Shown here piece by piece: positions 29,486-38,841 of a stretch of DNA of 64,000 bases (the stretch's first letter is position 1; each line of letters starts with the position of its first letter). The stretch comes from a virus. The stretch is from positions 1 through 64,000 of the IMG/VR virus record IMGVR_UViG_3300011116_001125; one strand, given 5' to 3'. A program made the position numbers and the translations under genes. The notes below the pieces were generated by a model that was given only the letters and a program-made list of their open reading frames with translations, ran no database searches and had not been told where the DNA came from.

Positions 29486-30517
29486 ATGGCGCACCTTATT
29501 GAAACTATGGCTTATGCAGGCGAAGTTCCTTGGCATGGGCTTGGCACTCAGGTTGATAGCAACATGTCACCTGAACAAATGCTTGTAGCCGCAGGCTTGG
29601 ATTGGACGGTTAGCAAACGTCCTGCCTATTTTGCCGCTGAAAAGTTTGTACCTAATTTGTACGCACCCGAGCTTAACAGCAACATGATGCTTGTTGAGGA
29701 TAACTTCTTTGTAGTGCGCGATACCGATAACAAGGTACTCAGCCATGCAGGTACAGGGTACAACCCTTTCCAAAACCGCGATGTAATGTCGTTCTTTAAA
29801 AAGTTCACCGAAGCAGGTGATATGTTTATGGAAACGGCAGGTAGCCTAAAGGAAGGCCAAGAAATTTGGGGCCTTGCCAAGTTAAAAGACGGCTTCCAGC
29901 TTGCGGGTGGTGATGAGGTAAAAGGTTACCTTTTGCTCAACAATAGCCACAAGGTCGGCAAAGCTATGACTGTTATGTTCACGCCTATTCGTGTGGTATG
30001 TAACAATACGCTCACCTTGGCCCTTAACGATGCGGGGGCTAACAAGTTCCGCATTTTGCACCTGCAAATGTTTGATCAAGAAATTATGCAGGCCGCAGAG
30101 GAGGCCCTTGGCCTGAGTAGCACCCGCATGGCGCAGTTCAAAGAGCAGTCTGAGTTCCTTGCTTCCAAACGTGCCAAAACACTGGATGTTGATAACTTCA
30201 TAGCCGAAATGTTCCAAAAGGATACGTTATTGGAACGTGGCAAAGCCGCCAACCAGAACGAGTTGCCACCGTTACGCGACGAGTTCAAACGTACCGCATT
30301 GGCAGTAGCCGAGGCTTACGAAGTAAGTCCAGGAAGCACCCTTGCTTCTGCCAAGGGCACATGGTGGGGCGCACTCAATGCCGTCACCTACGTGGTTGAC
30401 CACCCGCGCCGCGCAAGCAGTGAAGGCGGTAGCCTCTACAGCGCATGGTTCGGCAACGGTGCCAACGTCAAGCGCCGCGCTATGGAAAAGGCTTTGGAGT
30501 ACGCGCAAGCCGCGTAA
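29486..30517 (+). CDS. DUF932 family (phage/plasmid TIGR03299-like) protein
   Basis: MAHLIETMAYAGEVPWHGLG, ETAGSL, TPIRVVCNNTL, GTWWGALNAVT. Confidence 0.85.
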   Translation: MAHLIETMAYAGEVPWHGLGTQVDSNMSPEQMLVAAGLDWTVSKRPAYFAAEKFVPNLYAPELNSNMMLVEDNFFVVRDTDNKVLSHAGTGYNPFQNRDVMSFFKKFTEAGDMFMETAGSLKEGQEIWGLAKLKDGFQLAGGDEVKGYLLLNNSHKVGKAMTVMFTPIRVVCNNTLTLALNDAGANKFRILHLQMFDQEIMQAAEEALGLSSTRMAQFKEQSEFLASKRAKTLDVDNFIAEMFQKDTLLERGKAANQNELPPLRDEFKRTALAVAEAYEVSPGSTLASAKGTWWGALNAVTYVVDHPRRASSEGGSLYSAWFGNGANVKRRAMEKALEYAQAA

Positions 30518-30525
30518 TCTAACAC

Positions 30526-30553
30526 TTGCAATGGTGGAGTCAGTGGTTAAACT
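30526..30553 (+). promoter_or_regulatory. Promoter for the DNA-modification operon, overlapping a hairpin
   Basis: TTGCAA-N16-TAAACT inside the GTGGAGTCAGT/ACTGGCTCCAC stem. Confidence 0.5.
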
Positions 30554-30591
30554 GGCTCCACTACCCACCTTGCCATAGAAAGGCGCAAGAT

Positions 30592-31164
30592 ATGTATTAC
30601 GTGATTGCTGAAGGCCCCCCTGCTTCACAGGGCAAGCCTTATCACATTTTAAAGTTCAAAACGCTACGTGACATGAAAGAGTGCCCTTTGATCGACAAAG
30701 GCACCATTGTGTATAGCGAAGTTACCCAATTAGACGAGTTTTGTACAAAGGCCGAGTTGGAAGCCATTTGGCACACTCTTAACCTGAGTTCAAAGGCACC
30801 GCAGAACAAGCGCATTACCGCAGGGCTTCTGCATGAGTATGTTGTGGAAAACGCAACGGTTTGGAAACAAGGAGACACCAAAATGACTGAAGTTAAAGTT
30901 TCGGCACCTGCCGCTAAAACTGCTCCGAAAGAGAAAAAGGAAAGTGCCCGCACACGTATCCCCAAGGAAGCAAAAATCGTAGTGCTTAAGCAGTTTGAAG
31001 GTCGCGCCGGAACCACGCGTGCCGAAGCCTTAAAAATTGCTCTTGCCGCACCAACGGTTGAAAAGGCCCTTGCCGATATGCGTGCCGCAGGATTTACAGC
31101 GGCAGTTGCCTCATCGACCATTAAGTTCGCCATTGCCGAAAAACTTATAACGGTAAAGATCTAA
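30592..31164 (+). CDS. Hypothetical protein with basic Ala/Lys-rich C-terminal domain
   Basis: ATG 30592 after AGAAAGG; second in-frame ATG at 30883 with an AGGAG SD. Confidence 0.65.
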   Translation: MYYVIAEGPPASQGKPYHILKFKTLRDMKECPLIDKGTIVYSEVTQLDEFCTKAELEAIWHTLNLSSKAPQNKRITAGLLHEYVVENATVWKQGDTKMTEVKVSAPAAKTAPKEKKESARTRIPKEAKIVVLKQFEGRAGTTRAEALKIALAAPTVEKALADMRAAGFTAAVASSTIKFAIAEKLITVKI

Positions 31165-31165
31165 C

Positions 31166-32020
31166 ATGAACGGCGAAGGGCAGTTCTTTTATTGGATAAA
31201 TGAGCGCCATTCTATCTATTTGTCTAAGGCGGCGGGTAATCCAAAACCTTGGACAAGTGATAGTATTTTCCAACAGTACAAGTTTACGAACCCTTTTAGG
31301 GAGCTAGACAAAACAACTGTATGGATGCGCGAACATTTGACCAATCCCAACAAAAATGCCCCCATAGCCGAAACCCTGTTCAACTGTTGCGTGTTCCGCA
31401 TGTTTGGCACGATGGAAATGGGCGAGGCTTTGGGTTGGATAAAGCAGTGGGATCCTGAATATGTGAAAAGTCTTGCCCGTGGTCGGTTGAGCATGGGGCT
31501 TAAAGTATTCACAGGGGCATACATTATCACTAACCAAGGGTTGAAAAACCCAAAGGAAGAGGTAGTATGCGATATGTTTCTGACCCCCGTATGGAAAGCC
31601 CGTGATCAGTTAGCCGAGTGCATTGAGCAAACAAATAGTTTGGAAGCACTGCACAAGGAACTTGGCAAGTTTGCAGGATGGGGCGGCGGGGGCTTTATGG
31701 CCTACGAAGTAGTAACCGATCTTAACCATACTAGCGCCATGCCAGAGCCAGTTGATAGGTTTACGTGGGCCAATGCAGGTCCAGGAGCAAAGCGGGGTCT
31801 TAACCGTTTGCATGGTCGCCCCTTGGATAAAGCCAATGGCGTAGACTGGAATAGCGAAATGCAACAGCTATTGGAGCTCGCCCCAAAATACTGTGACCCC
31901 GAAGTATTAGCTCAAGTTGTAGATATGCGCACGATAGAGCATAGCCTGTGCGAATGGGATAAGTACCAACGGGTACTACTCGGCCAAGGTAAACCACGAA
32001 GCCTGTACAAAGGAATTTAG
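31166..32020 (+). CDS. aGPT-Pplase1 / 5-hmdU DNA kinase helical-domain family protein (HhH-glycosylase-like)
   Basis: FYWINERHSIY...PWTSDSIFQQYKFTNPFRELDKTT, GFMAYEVVTD, GPGAKRGL, IEHSLCEWDKY signatures. Confidence 0.8.
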   Translation: MNGEGQFFYWINERHSIYLSKAAGNPKPWTSDSIFQQYKFTNPFRELDKTTVWMREHLTNPNKNAPIAETLFNCCVFRMFGTMEMGEALGWIKQWDPEYVKSLARGRLSMGLKVFTGAYIITNQGLKNPKEEVVCDMFLTPVWKARDQLAECIEQTNSLEALHKELGKFAGWGGGGFMAYEVVTDLNHTSAMPEPVDRFTWANAGPGAKRGLNRLHGRPLDKANGVDWNSEMQQLLELAPKYCDPEVLAQVVDMRTIEHSLCEWDKYQRVLLGQGKPRSLYKGI

Positions 32021-32021
32021 T

Positions 32022-33020
32022 ATGTCATACGTACAAGACCCACCCTACTGCATCCAAGTAGAATTAACTGAAGGATGCAACTTGGGTTGTAGCTTCTGCG
32101 GGTTGCAACACATTCGTGATAACGGTGCCAATGGCCCCGAAGATAAACACGGTAAAGCCTCCTTTATGAAGTTTTTAACCGTGGAAAATGCGGAGGTTAT
32201 TGCAAGCCGTATAGCCGAAGCTAAATGGACCCCCCGTATTGAGTTTGCCATGCACGGCGAGCCAACCATGAACCCTAATTACATTGAAATTGTAGGGGTG
32301 TTCCGTAAGAATTTACCGAAAGCCAGTTTGCAGTTGACCAGTAATGGCGGCGGGCTACTCAAAGGCCAAGGGTTCAGTAGCAATATCAACGCGCTTATGG
32401 AAGCGGGCCTGAACATACTTAGTTTAGATAACTACGATGGCATACGTATCGTTGATAAAATTTTGCAAGGATACAATGGGCCACATCGCGTATGGAAATA
32501 CCCGCAAGAAATTATGGGCAACCCTCATCGCCGCCGCAAGCCGCATGAACACGATATTGTAGTTATTCAAGATATTGAAGCCGCTACCAAAGGCAATCAC
32601 AGTATACTCAGCAACCACACAGGCGGGAGCTTTCCGCTTAATGATAAAATGGCAGGGAAGCGTTGTGCAAAGCCCTTCCGTGAACTTAGCGTGCGTTGGG
32701 ATGGCAACGTAGCGATGTGCTGTAACGACTGGCCCGGACGCTACAAAATCGGCAACTTGTTAGAAACAGCAATAAGTGAGCTTTGGCTAGGTGAAGCCTT
32801 CCAAGCCGCTAGACAAGCCTTGTATCATGGACAACGGACATTCACACCTTGTAAAGGTTGTGACCATGTAAGTTACCGTCCAGGATTGTTGCCTGATGCC
32901 AAGGGTAAAGAAACATTACCAAAGCCTGATGCGCAAACGTGGGCAGTAATAGAAAAATACACAAGTGGTGAGCCTTACACTCCAAAAGTAAAAAGGCCGT
33001 GGGATGGAGTAATTAAGTGA
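32022..33020 (+). CDS. Radical SAM enzyme with SPASM/Twitch domain
   Basis: CNLGCSFC (CX3CX2C), HGEPT, TSNG; C-terminal CAKPF...DGNVAMCCND...CKGC. Confidence 0.9.
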   Translation: MSYVQDPPYCIQVELTEGCNLGCSFCGLQHIRDNGANGPEDKHGKASFMKFLTVENAEVIASRIAEAKWTPRIEFAMHGEPTMNPNYIEIVGVFRKNLPKASLQLTSNGGGLLKGQGFSSNINALMEAGLNILSLDNYDGIRIVDKILQGYNGPHRVWKYPQEIMGNPHRRRKPHEHDIVVIQDIEAATKGNHSILSNHTGGSFPLNDKMAGKRCAKPFRELSVRWDGNVAMCCNDWPGRYKIGNLLETAISELWLGEAFQAARQALYHGQRTFTPCKGCDHVSYRPGLLPDAKGKETLPKPDAQTWAVIEKYTSGEPYTPKVKRPWDGVIK

Positions 33021-33979
33021 ACGTCGATCTATTTTATCTTAGCCCTAACCCGTATGGTGGATGGGTTACCTTCACCGCGCATTTGGTTGAGGCTTTGAAA
33101 ACGGTTGGTATCAAACCAAACTTGTATCGTATTAGGCCGCGCAGTGAAAAGAAACCACGGCCCTTTGGTTACGATCTGCATTACACAAACATCAGTTTGC
33201 AAGATGCTTTGCGTAGCCCGAACAAGAAGTTGATTGTAGCCGCCGCTAAAAACTTTGCGGAGGAAACTTCGGCGCTGTACTCAGCGGGTGCCGCGCTTGT
33301 AGTGCATGATCCTACCGAAATCAAAAACCTACCACCGTTAGATGGCAAGATCATTGTTATTCGGCAGATTGGTTTAACGTATCTGCCAAAAGCCGTGTTC
33401 ATACGGCACCCGTATCAACGTAGGCCCGAGTATGAAATATTCAACCGTACAACACGGGCTATCAGCACTTCGCGTATTGACTTTGACAAGCATACCGCGC
33501 TGATACTTGATGCAAATAGGTTAGTGCCCGATGAAGTTAAGTGCAGGATATATGGTTTTGAAAACCGCATCTACACACGATTTAAGATAGTACCTCATTA
33601 CCCTGAATGGGAACAAAGCAAAGCGGCTTATCCCCGCAGTAAAGAAGCCGCGTTTAAGTTGCTTTCTTACGCGCAACTTGCCGTGGATATGAGCCTTATT
33701 AAAGGTGATGGCGGTGGTACTCAATACACAACACTGGAAGCATGGGATGCAGGTGCAGTTCCGGTTATCCAACGTGCGTGGCTAATGCCCAAAGATGATA
33801 TGGTTGAAAACCAAAACTGTTTTGCAGTAGGTAACGCCGATGAGTTAGCCGCATTGTTATCAGACGTAGGGAATACTTCATACTTGGATAACTACCGCGA
33901 GTATGGATATAAGCAGTTGGCGCTCCACCATCCCAAGGTTATTGGTGAACGCTATAAAGCCGTTTTAGAAGCTATTTGA
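33017..33979 (+). CDS. GT-B fold glycosyltransferase-like protein
   Basis: N-terminal YGG, SRIDFDKH, and GGGTQYTTLEAWDAGAVPV resembling the GT4 donor-binding motif. Confidence 0.65.
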   Translation: MNVDLFYLSPNPYGGWVTFTAHLVEALKTVGIKPNLYRIRPRSEKKPRPFGYDLHYTNISLQDALRSPNKKLIVAAAKNFAEETSALYSAGAALVVHDPTEIKNLPPLDGKIIVIRQIGLTYLPKAVFIRHPYQRRPEYEIFNRTTRAISTSRIDFDKHTALILDANRLVPDEVKCRIYGFENRIYTRFKIVPHYPEWEQSKAAYPRSKEAAFKLLSYAQLAVDMSLIKGDGGGTQYTTLEAWDAGAVPVIQRAWLMPKDDMVENQNCFAVGNADELAALLSDVGNTSYLDNYREYGYKQLALHHPKVIGERYKAVLEAI

Positions 33980-33996
33980 TAATAGTAGGGCATACC

Positions 33997-34986
33997 ATGT
34001 ACACAATAAAGGTTAGAAACGTTTCTGAGGCCCTCTACGTTGGTCTAGGTGCTATCAAAAGTACGGGGGCTAAAATACAAAGCCGCGCAGGTGAAACCCT
34101 TGAAATGCCTGCTCCTGTATGCACAACGTACAGTCACCCTATGGAGCGTGTGTTGTTCTACCCGCAACGTGACGCTAACCCGTTTTTCCACTGCTTAGAA
34201 GCACTGTGGATGTTGGCAGGGCGCAACGATGTGGAGTTCCTTAAGCGTTACAACAAACGCATGGAAACATATAGCGATGGCAATGATATATTGCACGGAG
34301 CTTATGGGCACAGATGGCGTAATTGGTTTGGCATTGACCAGTTGGATATCGCTGTAAAACGGTTGAAAAAATACCCCAACGATAGACGCACCGTCGTGCA
34401 AATGTGGGATAGTGAAAATGATTTGTATGAAGGTAACCAGTTAAAAGATATCCCTTGTAACACGCAAATATACTTTAAGGTGCGTGAAGGGCGTTTGAAC
34501 ATGATGGTTACATGCCGTAGTAATGATATGATATGGGGCGCGTATGGCGCAAACGCAGTTCACTTTTCAATGTTACAAGAATACGTTGCCGCTAGAGTAG
34601 GTGTGCCCGTAGGGACGTATCACCAAGTGAGCGATAGCTTCCATGCTTATACGGACGTGCTTACTAAGTTGGATAACTTGGTTGCCGATTATGACCCCTA
34701 CTATGAGTTCGATTACTTGGTGCAACCTTTGGTAACGGATGCTGCCAAGTTTGATGAAGAACTTCGTAGGTTTTTTGATTCATCGCCACTTACACGTGTC
34801 TACCGCAATATGTTTCTTGGCAATGTAGCCGACCGTATGCGTGCGGCCCATGCACTATGGCGCAGTGGCGATATGGACGAAGCCCTGAGTATGGCGGGTG
34901 CTATCACTGCGCCGGATTGGCGTAAGGCTTGTGTAGAATGGTTGGAACGCAGGAGAAAGAGCGATGAGCAAGACATTAGAAAATAA
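33997..34986 (+). CDS. Thymidylate-synthase-family enzyme, probably dUMP hydroxymethylase
   Basis: DIPCN catalytic Cys, RSND, GANAVHF (Asn at the dUMP-specificity position), SFHAY; divergent from canonical ThyA. Confidence 0.75.
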   Translation: MYTIKVRNVSEALYVGLGAIKSTGAKIQSRAGETLEMPAPVCTTYSHPMERVLFYPQRDANPFFHCLEALWMLAGRNDVEFLKRYNKRMETYSDGNDILHGAYGHRWRNWFGIDQLDIAVKRLKKYPNDRRTVVQMWDSENDLYEGNQLKDIPCNTQIYFKVREGRLNMMVTCRSNDMIWGAYGANAVHFSMLQEYVAARVGVPVGTYHQVSDSFHAYTDVLTKLDNLVADYDPYYEFDYLVQPLVTDAAKFDEELRRFFDSSPLTRVYRNMFLGNVADRMRAAHALWRSGDMDEALSMAGAITAPDWRKACVEWLERRRKSDEQDIRK

Positions 34987-35278
34987 TTTGGCTGAGTTAG
35001 CAAAAGCCGATGTAGAAGGTTTAATGCGTGCGCAAATCAGCTATGGCAATAGTTGGAAGCGTAGAGGTGGCGTTGGTGCGTTTATGATGTTAGCCCGTAA
35101 GTGGGACCGCATAAGCAATCAATGCAAGAAGGTTGGTTGGGATGTATTCAAAGCCATAGAAAATGACCCAAGTGATACAGGTATTTTAGATGACATACGT
35201 GACCTACGCAGATACCTTTTGTTAGTACACGAGGAAATGCAACGTAATGGATATAAAGATCCCGGATCACTTGATTGA
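34964..35278 (+). CDS. Nucleotide-modification-associated (Nmad1/DUF1599, MazG-like helical) protein
   Basis: YGNSWKRRG...RKWDRI...DDIRDLRRY. Confidence 0.6.
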   Translation: MSKTLENNLAELAKADVEGLMRAQISYGNSWKRRGGVGAFMMLARKWDRISNQCKKVGWDVFKAIENDPSDTGILDDIRDLRRYLLLVHEEMQRNGYKDPGSLD

Positions 35279-35462
35279 GGCCGTGTGTGAGTGTGGCAAA
35301 GAAAAGCGCACGCTCACCATGCGTAAACTAAAGAACAAATGGCCCTTTTGTCAGTGCCGTCAAGCAATGAAAGTTTATGATGAGCAACCTATGGATGAAC
35401 AAGGAGTGGGTGATGCCAGAGGCATTGCCGAGCTTCTCCGACGCGGCAGAAATATCCATTGA
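35247..35462 (+). CDS. Small Zn-finger-like protein
   Basis: CECG...CQCR; overlaps both neighbours. Confidence 0.4.
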   Translation: MDIKIPDHLIEAVCECGKEKRTLTMRKLKNKWPFCQCRQAMKVYDEQPMDEQGVGDARGIAELLRRGRNIH

Positions 35463-37314
35463 CCTTGAAACATACGACCCCCGCCTAACTACACATGGCA
35501 GTGGATGGGCACGTAAGGAAGGTGAAATTATTGGCGTTGCCGTAGCTGTTGATGGCGAGGCTATGTATGTTCCTGTGCGCCATAAAAACGGGCAGAATAT
35601 TGATTGGCGACGTGTGCATTATTGGTTGAAAACAATATGCGGAAACCCTAACCGTGATTATGTATTTCACAACGCCATGTACGACGTTGGTTGGTTATGG
35701 TCCGAGGGTATTGAAATCAAAGGCCGCATTGTTGATACAATGGTTGCCGCGCCGTTAATCGATGAGAACCGTTATAGTTACTCGCTCAATGCGCTTAGTA
35801 AAGACTACTTAGGCGAAACTAAAAATGAATACCTGCTAAAAGAAGCCGCCGCTCAATTTGGCGTGAACCCAAAAGCAGGGATGCACTATCTACCCGCACA
35901 GTTCGTTGGGCCTTATGCTGAGCAAGACGCTGCCCTTACACTGAAACTATGGCAACACTTCAAAAACATTATCATTCGCGATGAGTTGCAGGATATTTTT
36001 GACCTTGAGTTGCGCGTTCTACGTGTGTGTATTGAAATGCGTAAGAAAGGTGTGCGCGTAGATGTTGAGCGTGCCGAGCAAATAAAGCGCGATTTAGAAA
36101 AGCGTGAGCAAGCTATATTAGGTGGTTTGAAAAAGGAATATGGCGTAGCGGTCGATATCTGGGCGGCGGCGAGTATTGCCAAAGCGTTTGATGCCGTAGG
36201 CTTGGAATATGAGCGCACGGAAAAAACCAATGCGCCGAGCTTTACCAAAAACTTTCTTGCTAACCATCAACACGCACTGCCCCGAGCAGTTGTGCAAGCG
36301 CGTGAGCTCAACAAAGCACGCACTACGTTTATTGATACGATATTAGGCCATCAGCATAATGGGCGTATCCATGCTGAAATGCACCAGTTGCGCAGTGATG
36401 ATGGCGGTACGGTTACAGGGCGATTCAGCTACAGCAACCCGAACTTGCAACAAATTCCCGCACGTAACCAAGAAATCGGGCCACTGATACGTGGCTTGTT
36501 TTTACCCGAAGAAGGTGAGTTGTGGGGCGCGTTTGACTACAGTAGCCAAGAACCACGCATCGTTGTTCATTATGCTTCGTTGCTTGATTTCACAGGTGCC
36601 GCAGACTTTGTTGAACAGTACGCAAAAGATGCACGCACGGACTTCCACCAACTTGCGGCGGATATTGTTGGTGTGCCCCGCAAGAAAGCCAAAGACATCA
36701 ATTTGGGTTTGTTCTATGGCATGGGGCAGAAAAAGCTAGCCGACCAGTTAGGCTTGGAGCTTGAAGATGCCAAGGAACTGTTTACCTTGTATCACAACAA
36801 AGTGCCTTTCGTGCGGCAGTTAAGTGATTACGCAATGAACCGTGCGAATAGCAGAGGGATTATTCGTACTTTATTAGGTAGGCGTTGCCGCTTTGATATG
36901 TGGGAACCTATGAAGTACGGTTTGCACAAGCCCTTGCGTCACGCAGAAGCGTACGCGGAACATGGCCCACAGATTAAACGTGCGTTCACTTACAAAGCAC
37001 TTAATCGATTAATCCAAGGCAGTGCTGCAGACCAAACGAAGTTGGCTATGGTAACAGCGTACGAAGCTGGATACTTGCCACTGATACAAGTGCATGATGA
37101 GTTGGATTTTAGTGTGGCAAGTGAACTTGATGCAAAGCGCATCGCCGAAATAATGGAAAGCTGTGTGGGCCTTGCTGTACCGAGCGTAGTGGATGCGGAG
37201 TTCGGTCTAACATGGGGCGAAGCAAAGCAAACATTTACCGATAAACCTTGGACCCGTGGTTTGAAGCATAACCACTCAACAATGGAAACAAACAATGATC
37301 ACACAGCTGAATAG
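35377..37314 (+). CDS. polA: DNA polymerase family A with 3'-5' exonuclease
   Basis: DLET, FHNAMYD, YAEQDA exonuclease motifs; TGRFS, PNLQQIP, DYSSQEPR, KDINLGLFYG, QVHDE. Confidence 0.95.
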   Translation: MMSNLWMNKEWVMPEALPSFSDAAEISIDLETYDPRLTTHGSGWARKEGEIIGVAVAVDGEAMYVPVRHKNGQNIDWRRVHYWLKTICGNPNRDYVFHNAMYDVGWLWSEGIEIKGRIVDTMVAAPLIDENRYSYSLNALSKDYLGETKNEYLLKEAAAQFGVNPKAGMHYLPAQFVGPYAEQDAALTLKLWQHFKNIIIRDELQDIFDLELRVLRVCIEMRKKGVRVDVERAEQIKRDLEKREQAILGGLKKEYGVAVDIWAAASIAKAFDAVGLEYERTEKTNAPSFTKNFLANHQHALPRAVVQARELNKARTTFIDTILGHQHNGRIHAEMHQLRSDDGGTVTGRFSYSNPNLQQIPARNQEIGPLIRGLFLPEEGELWGAFDYSSQEPRIVVHYASLLDFTGAADFVEQYAKDARTDFHQLAADIVGVPRKKAKDINLGLFYGMGQKKLADQLGLELEDAKELFTLYHNKVPFVRQLSDYAMNRANSRGIIRTLLGRRCRFDMWEPMKYGLHKPLRHAEAYAEHGPQIKRAFTYKALNRLIQGSAADQTKLAMVTAYEAGYLPLIQVHDELDFSVASELDAKRIAEIMESCVGLAVPSVVDAEFGLTWGEAKQTFTDKPWTRGLKHNHSTMETNNDHTAE

Positions 37315-37819
37315 AATTTGGCATTTACGCAGGGCAGGATACATTAAGCGTTATCATACAGTGCCTACAGTTGGGGATAGTCAAACCGTGAGTGCGCATT
37401 CTTGGGGCGTTGCAACACTAATCAATGAAATATGGCCCGATGCCAGTAAGCAAGTATTACTCGCTAGTTTGTATCACGATGTTGCCGAAGTGTTGATAGG
37501 TGATACCCCTGCAACAGTGAAGTGGAAGTACGCCGATTTTGCCGCCGCAATCGAAAAAGTAGAAAAAGAAGCGGAAGAAGAATTAGAACTGGAATTTGCG
37601 CTATCCCTGAGAGAGAAGCGCCAGTTGAAAATTGCCGATTTGTTAGAGCTGATGCTTTACGCAGGCGAACAAATAAAGATAGGAAACATGCACTTTAAAG
37701 AAGTACTGAATAACGGAAAAGAATACTTGCAAGTGAAATATGGAAATACCCCTGAGTTTAACGAAGCCTTCCCCATGTTCAACTATGCGCTAACAAGGCT
37801 TAGTCATTCTACCATGTAG
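37295..37819 (+). CDS. HD-domain deoxynucleotide phosphohydrolase (YfbR-like)
   Basis: KRYH...VSAHSW...LYHDVAEVLIGD...KIADLLE. Confidence 0.85.
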   Translation: MITQLNRIWHLRRAGYIKRYHTVPTVGDSQTVSAHSWGVATLINEIWPDASKQVLLASLYHDVAEVLIGDTPATVKWKYADFAAAIEKVEKEAEEELELEFALSLREKRQLKIADLLELMLYAGEQIKIGNMHFKEVLNNGKEYLQVKYGNTPEFNEAFPMFNYALTRLSHSTM

Positions 37820-37829
37820 GTGTTATAAT
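37801..37829 (+). promoter_or_regulatory. Sigma70-like promoter
   Basis: TAGTCA-N17-TATAAT, then an AGAAAGGA SD. Confidence 0.6.
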
Positions 37830-37856
37830 TAAAGTGTTCATAGAAAGGAACAACAC

Positions 37857-38318
37857 GTGAACATATTCGCCTTACACACTGATCCTGTAATTGCGGCGCA
37901 ATGGCATTGCGATAAGCACGTTGTCAAAATGCCGTTAGAAACTGCTCAGATGCTTTGCACGGTGCATCACCATTACGGCTTTGATGCGCCCTATAAGCCT
38001 GCTCATGCTAACCATCCTTGTACTGTGTGGGCGGGCCAAACGATTGAAAATTACAAGTGGCTCTGGCGCTTAGGCATTGCCCTATGCGAGGAGTATACCC
38101 ACCGATACAACAAAACTCATGCCTGCGAGCAAGTGTTAGCGATAGTGCGTTGCGCTCCACCTACACTCACGGCACGGGGTTACACAAAATTCGCGCAGGC
38201 CATGCCTGACGAATACAAGCACCACGATACACAAATAGCTTATCAACAATATTATCGCGGTGCAAAATACCAGTTGGCTGTGTACACGAAACGTGAACCA
38301 CCGCCGTTCATGCAATAG
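37857..38318 (+). CDS. Pyrimidine dimer DNA glycosylase-like family protein
   Basis: MNIF...HCDKHVVKMPLETAQMLCT, NHPCTVW, EYTHRY, FAQAMPD. Confidence 0.7.
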   Translation: MNIFALHTDPVIAAQWHCDKHVVKMPLETAQMLCTVHHHYGFDAPYKPAHANHPCTVWAGQTIENYKWLWRLGIALCEEYTHRYNKTHACEQVLAIVRCAPPTLTARGYTKFAQAMPDEYKHHDTQIAYQQYYRGAKYQLAVYTKREPPPFMQ

Positions 38319-38329
38319 AAAGGCATACC

Positions 38330-38827
38330 ATGCGAAAACATAAAATACCCTTTGACCGTAAACCAATGTTCCTATTGGTTGATGCTTACCGCAAAGCGGG
38401 AGGTGTTACGGAGTTAGCTGAACATCTTGAAATGAGCGATAGCGCCATATATAATTGGTTTGACGGCATTCATGCTCCTAGCTATGAAAGTATTGAGGCG
38501 TTGCGCTATTATCTGTACGGTGAGGAAGAGGCACGGCCCGCACCGAAACCTGTTAAAAAGCAAGAGTTATATGCCAAGCCTTTTGATAAACCGAACACGG
38601 TTAAAAAGGTTGTGCGTGTGGATAGGATTTTTCTTGGTGGTTCGGGCAATTTTGTTGGCTTCGGCACCGTGGAAAACTGTTCAGTGTTCATTACACCTTT
38701 ATGTGTAAAGAAAATTACTGAGCACATGGGTAGTATCTACGAAGGCGATGAGTACGAATTTGAACTCATGGTTGATATTACCAAACGCAGTGACTATATC
38801 ACCCATCGTTACGTAAAACCAGTATAG
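38330..38827 (+). CDS. HTH (Cro/XRE-like) DNA-binding protein
   Basis: AGGVTELAEHLEMSDSAIYNW...PS. Confidence 0.6.
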   Translation: MRKHKIPFDRKPMFLLVDAYRKAGGVTELAEHLEMSDSAIYNWFDGIHAPSYESIEALRYYLYGEEEARPAPKPVKKQELYAKPFDKPNTVKKVVRVDRIFLGGSGNFVGFGTVENCSVFITPLCVKKITEHMGSIYEGDEYEFELMVDITKRSDYITHRYVKPV

Positions 38828-38841
38828 TAGGAGGAAGGACT

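Noticed and set aside
32022-33020. 7-deazaguanine pathway (QueE) or RiPP maturase
   Set aside because: No FolE, QueD, QueC or DpdA, and no adjacent precursor peptide; the neighbours are thymine-modification genes.
37295-37819. Z-genome (2-aminoadenine) system suggested by an HD nucleotidase next to PolA
   Set aside because: No PurZ/adenylosuccinate-synthetase homologue is visible; the context points to pyrimidine modification.
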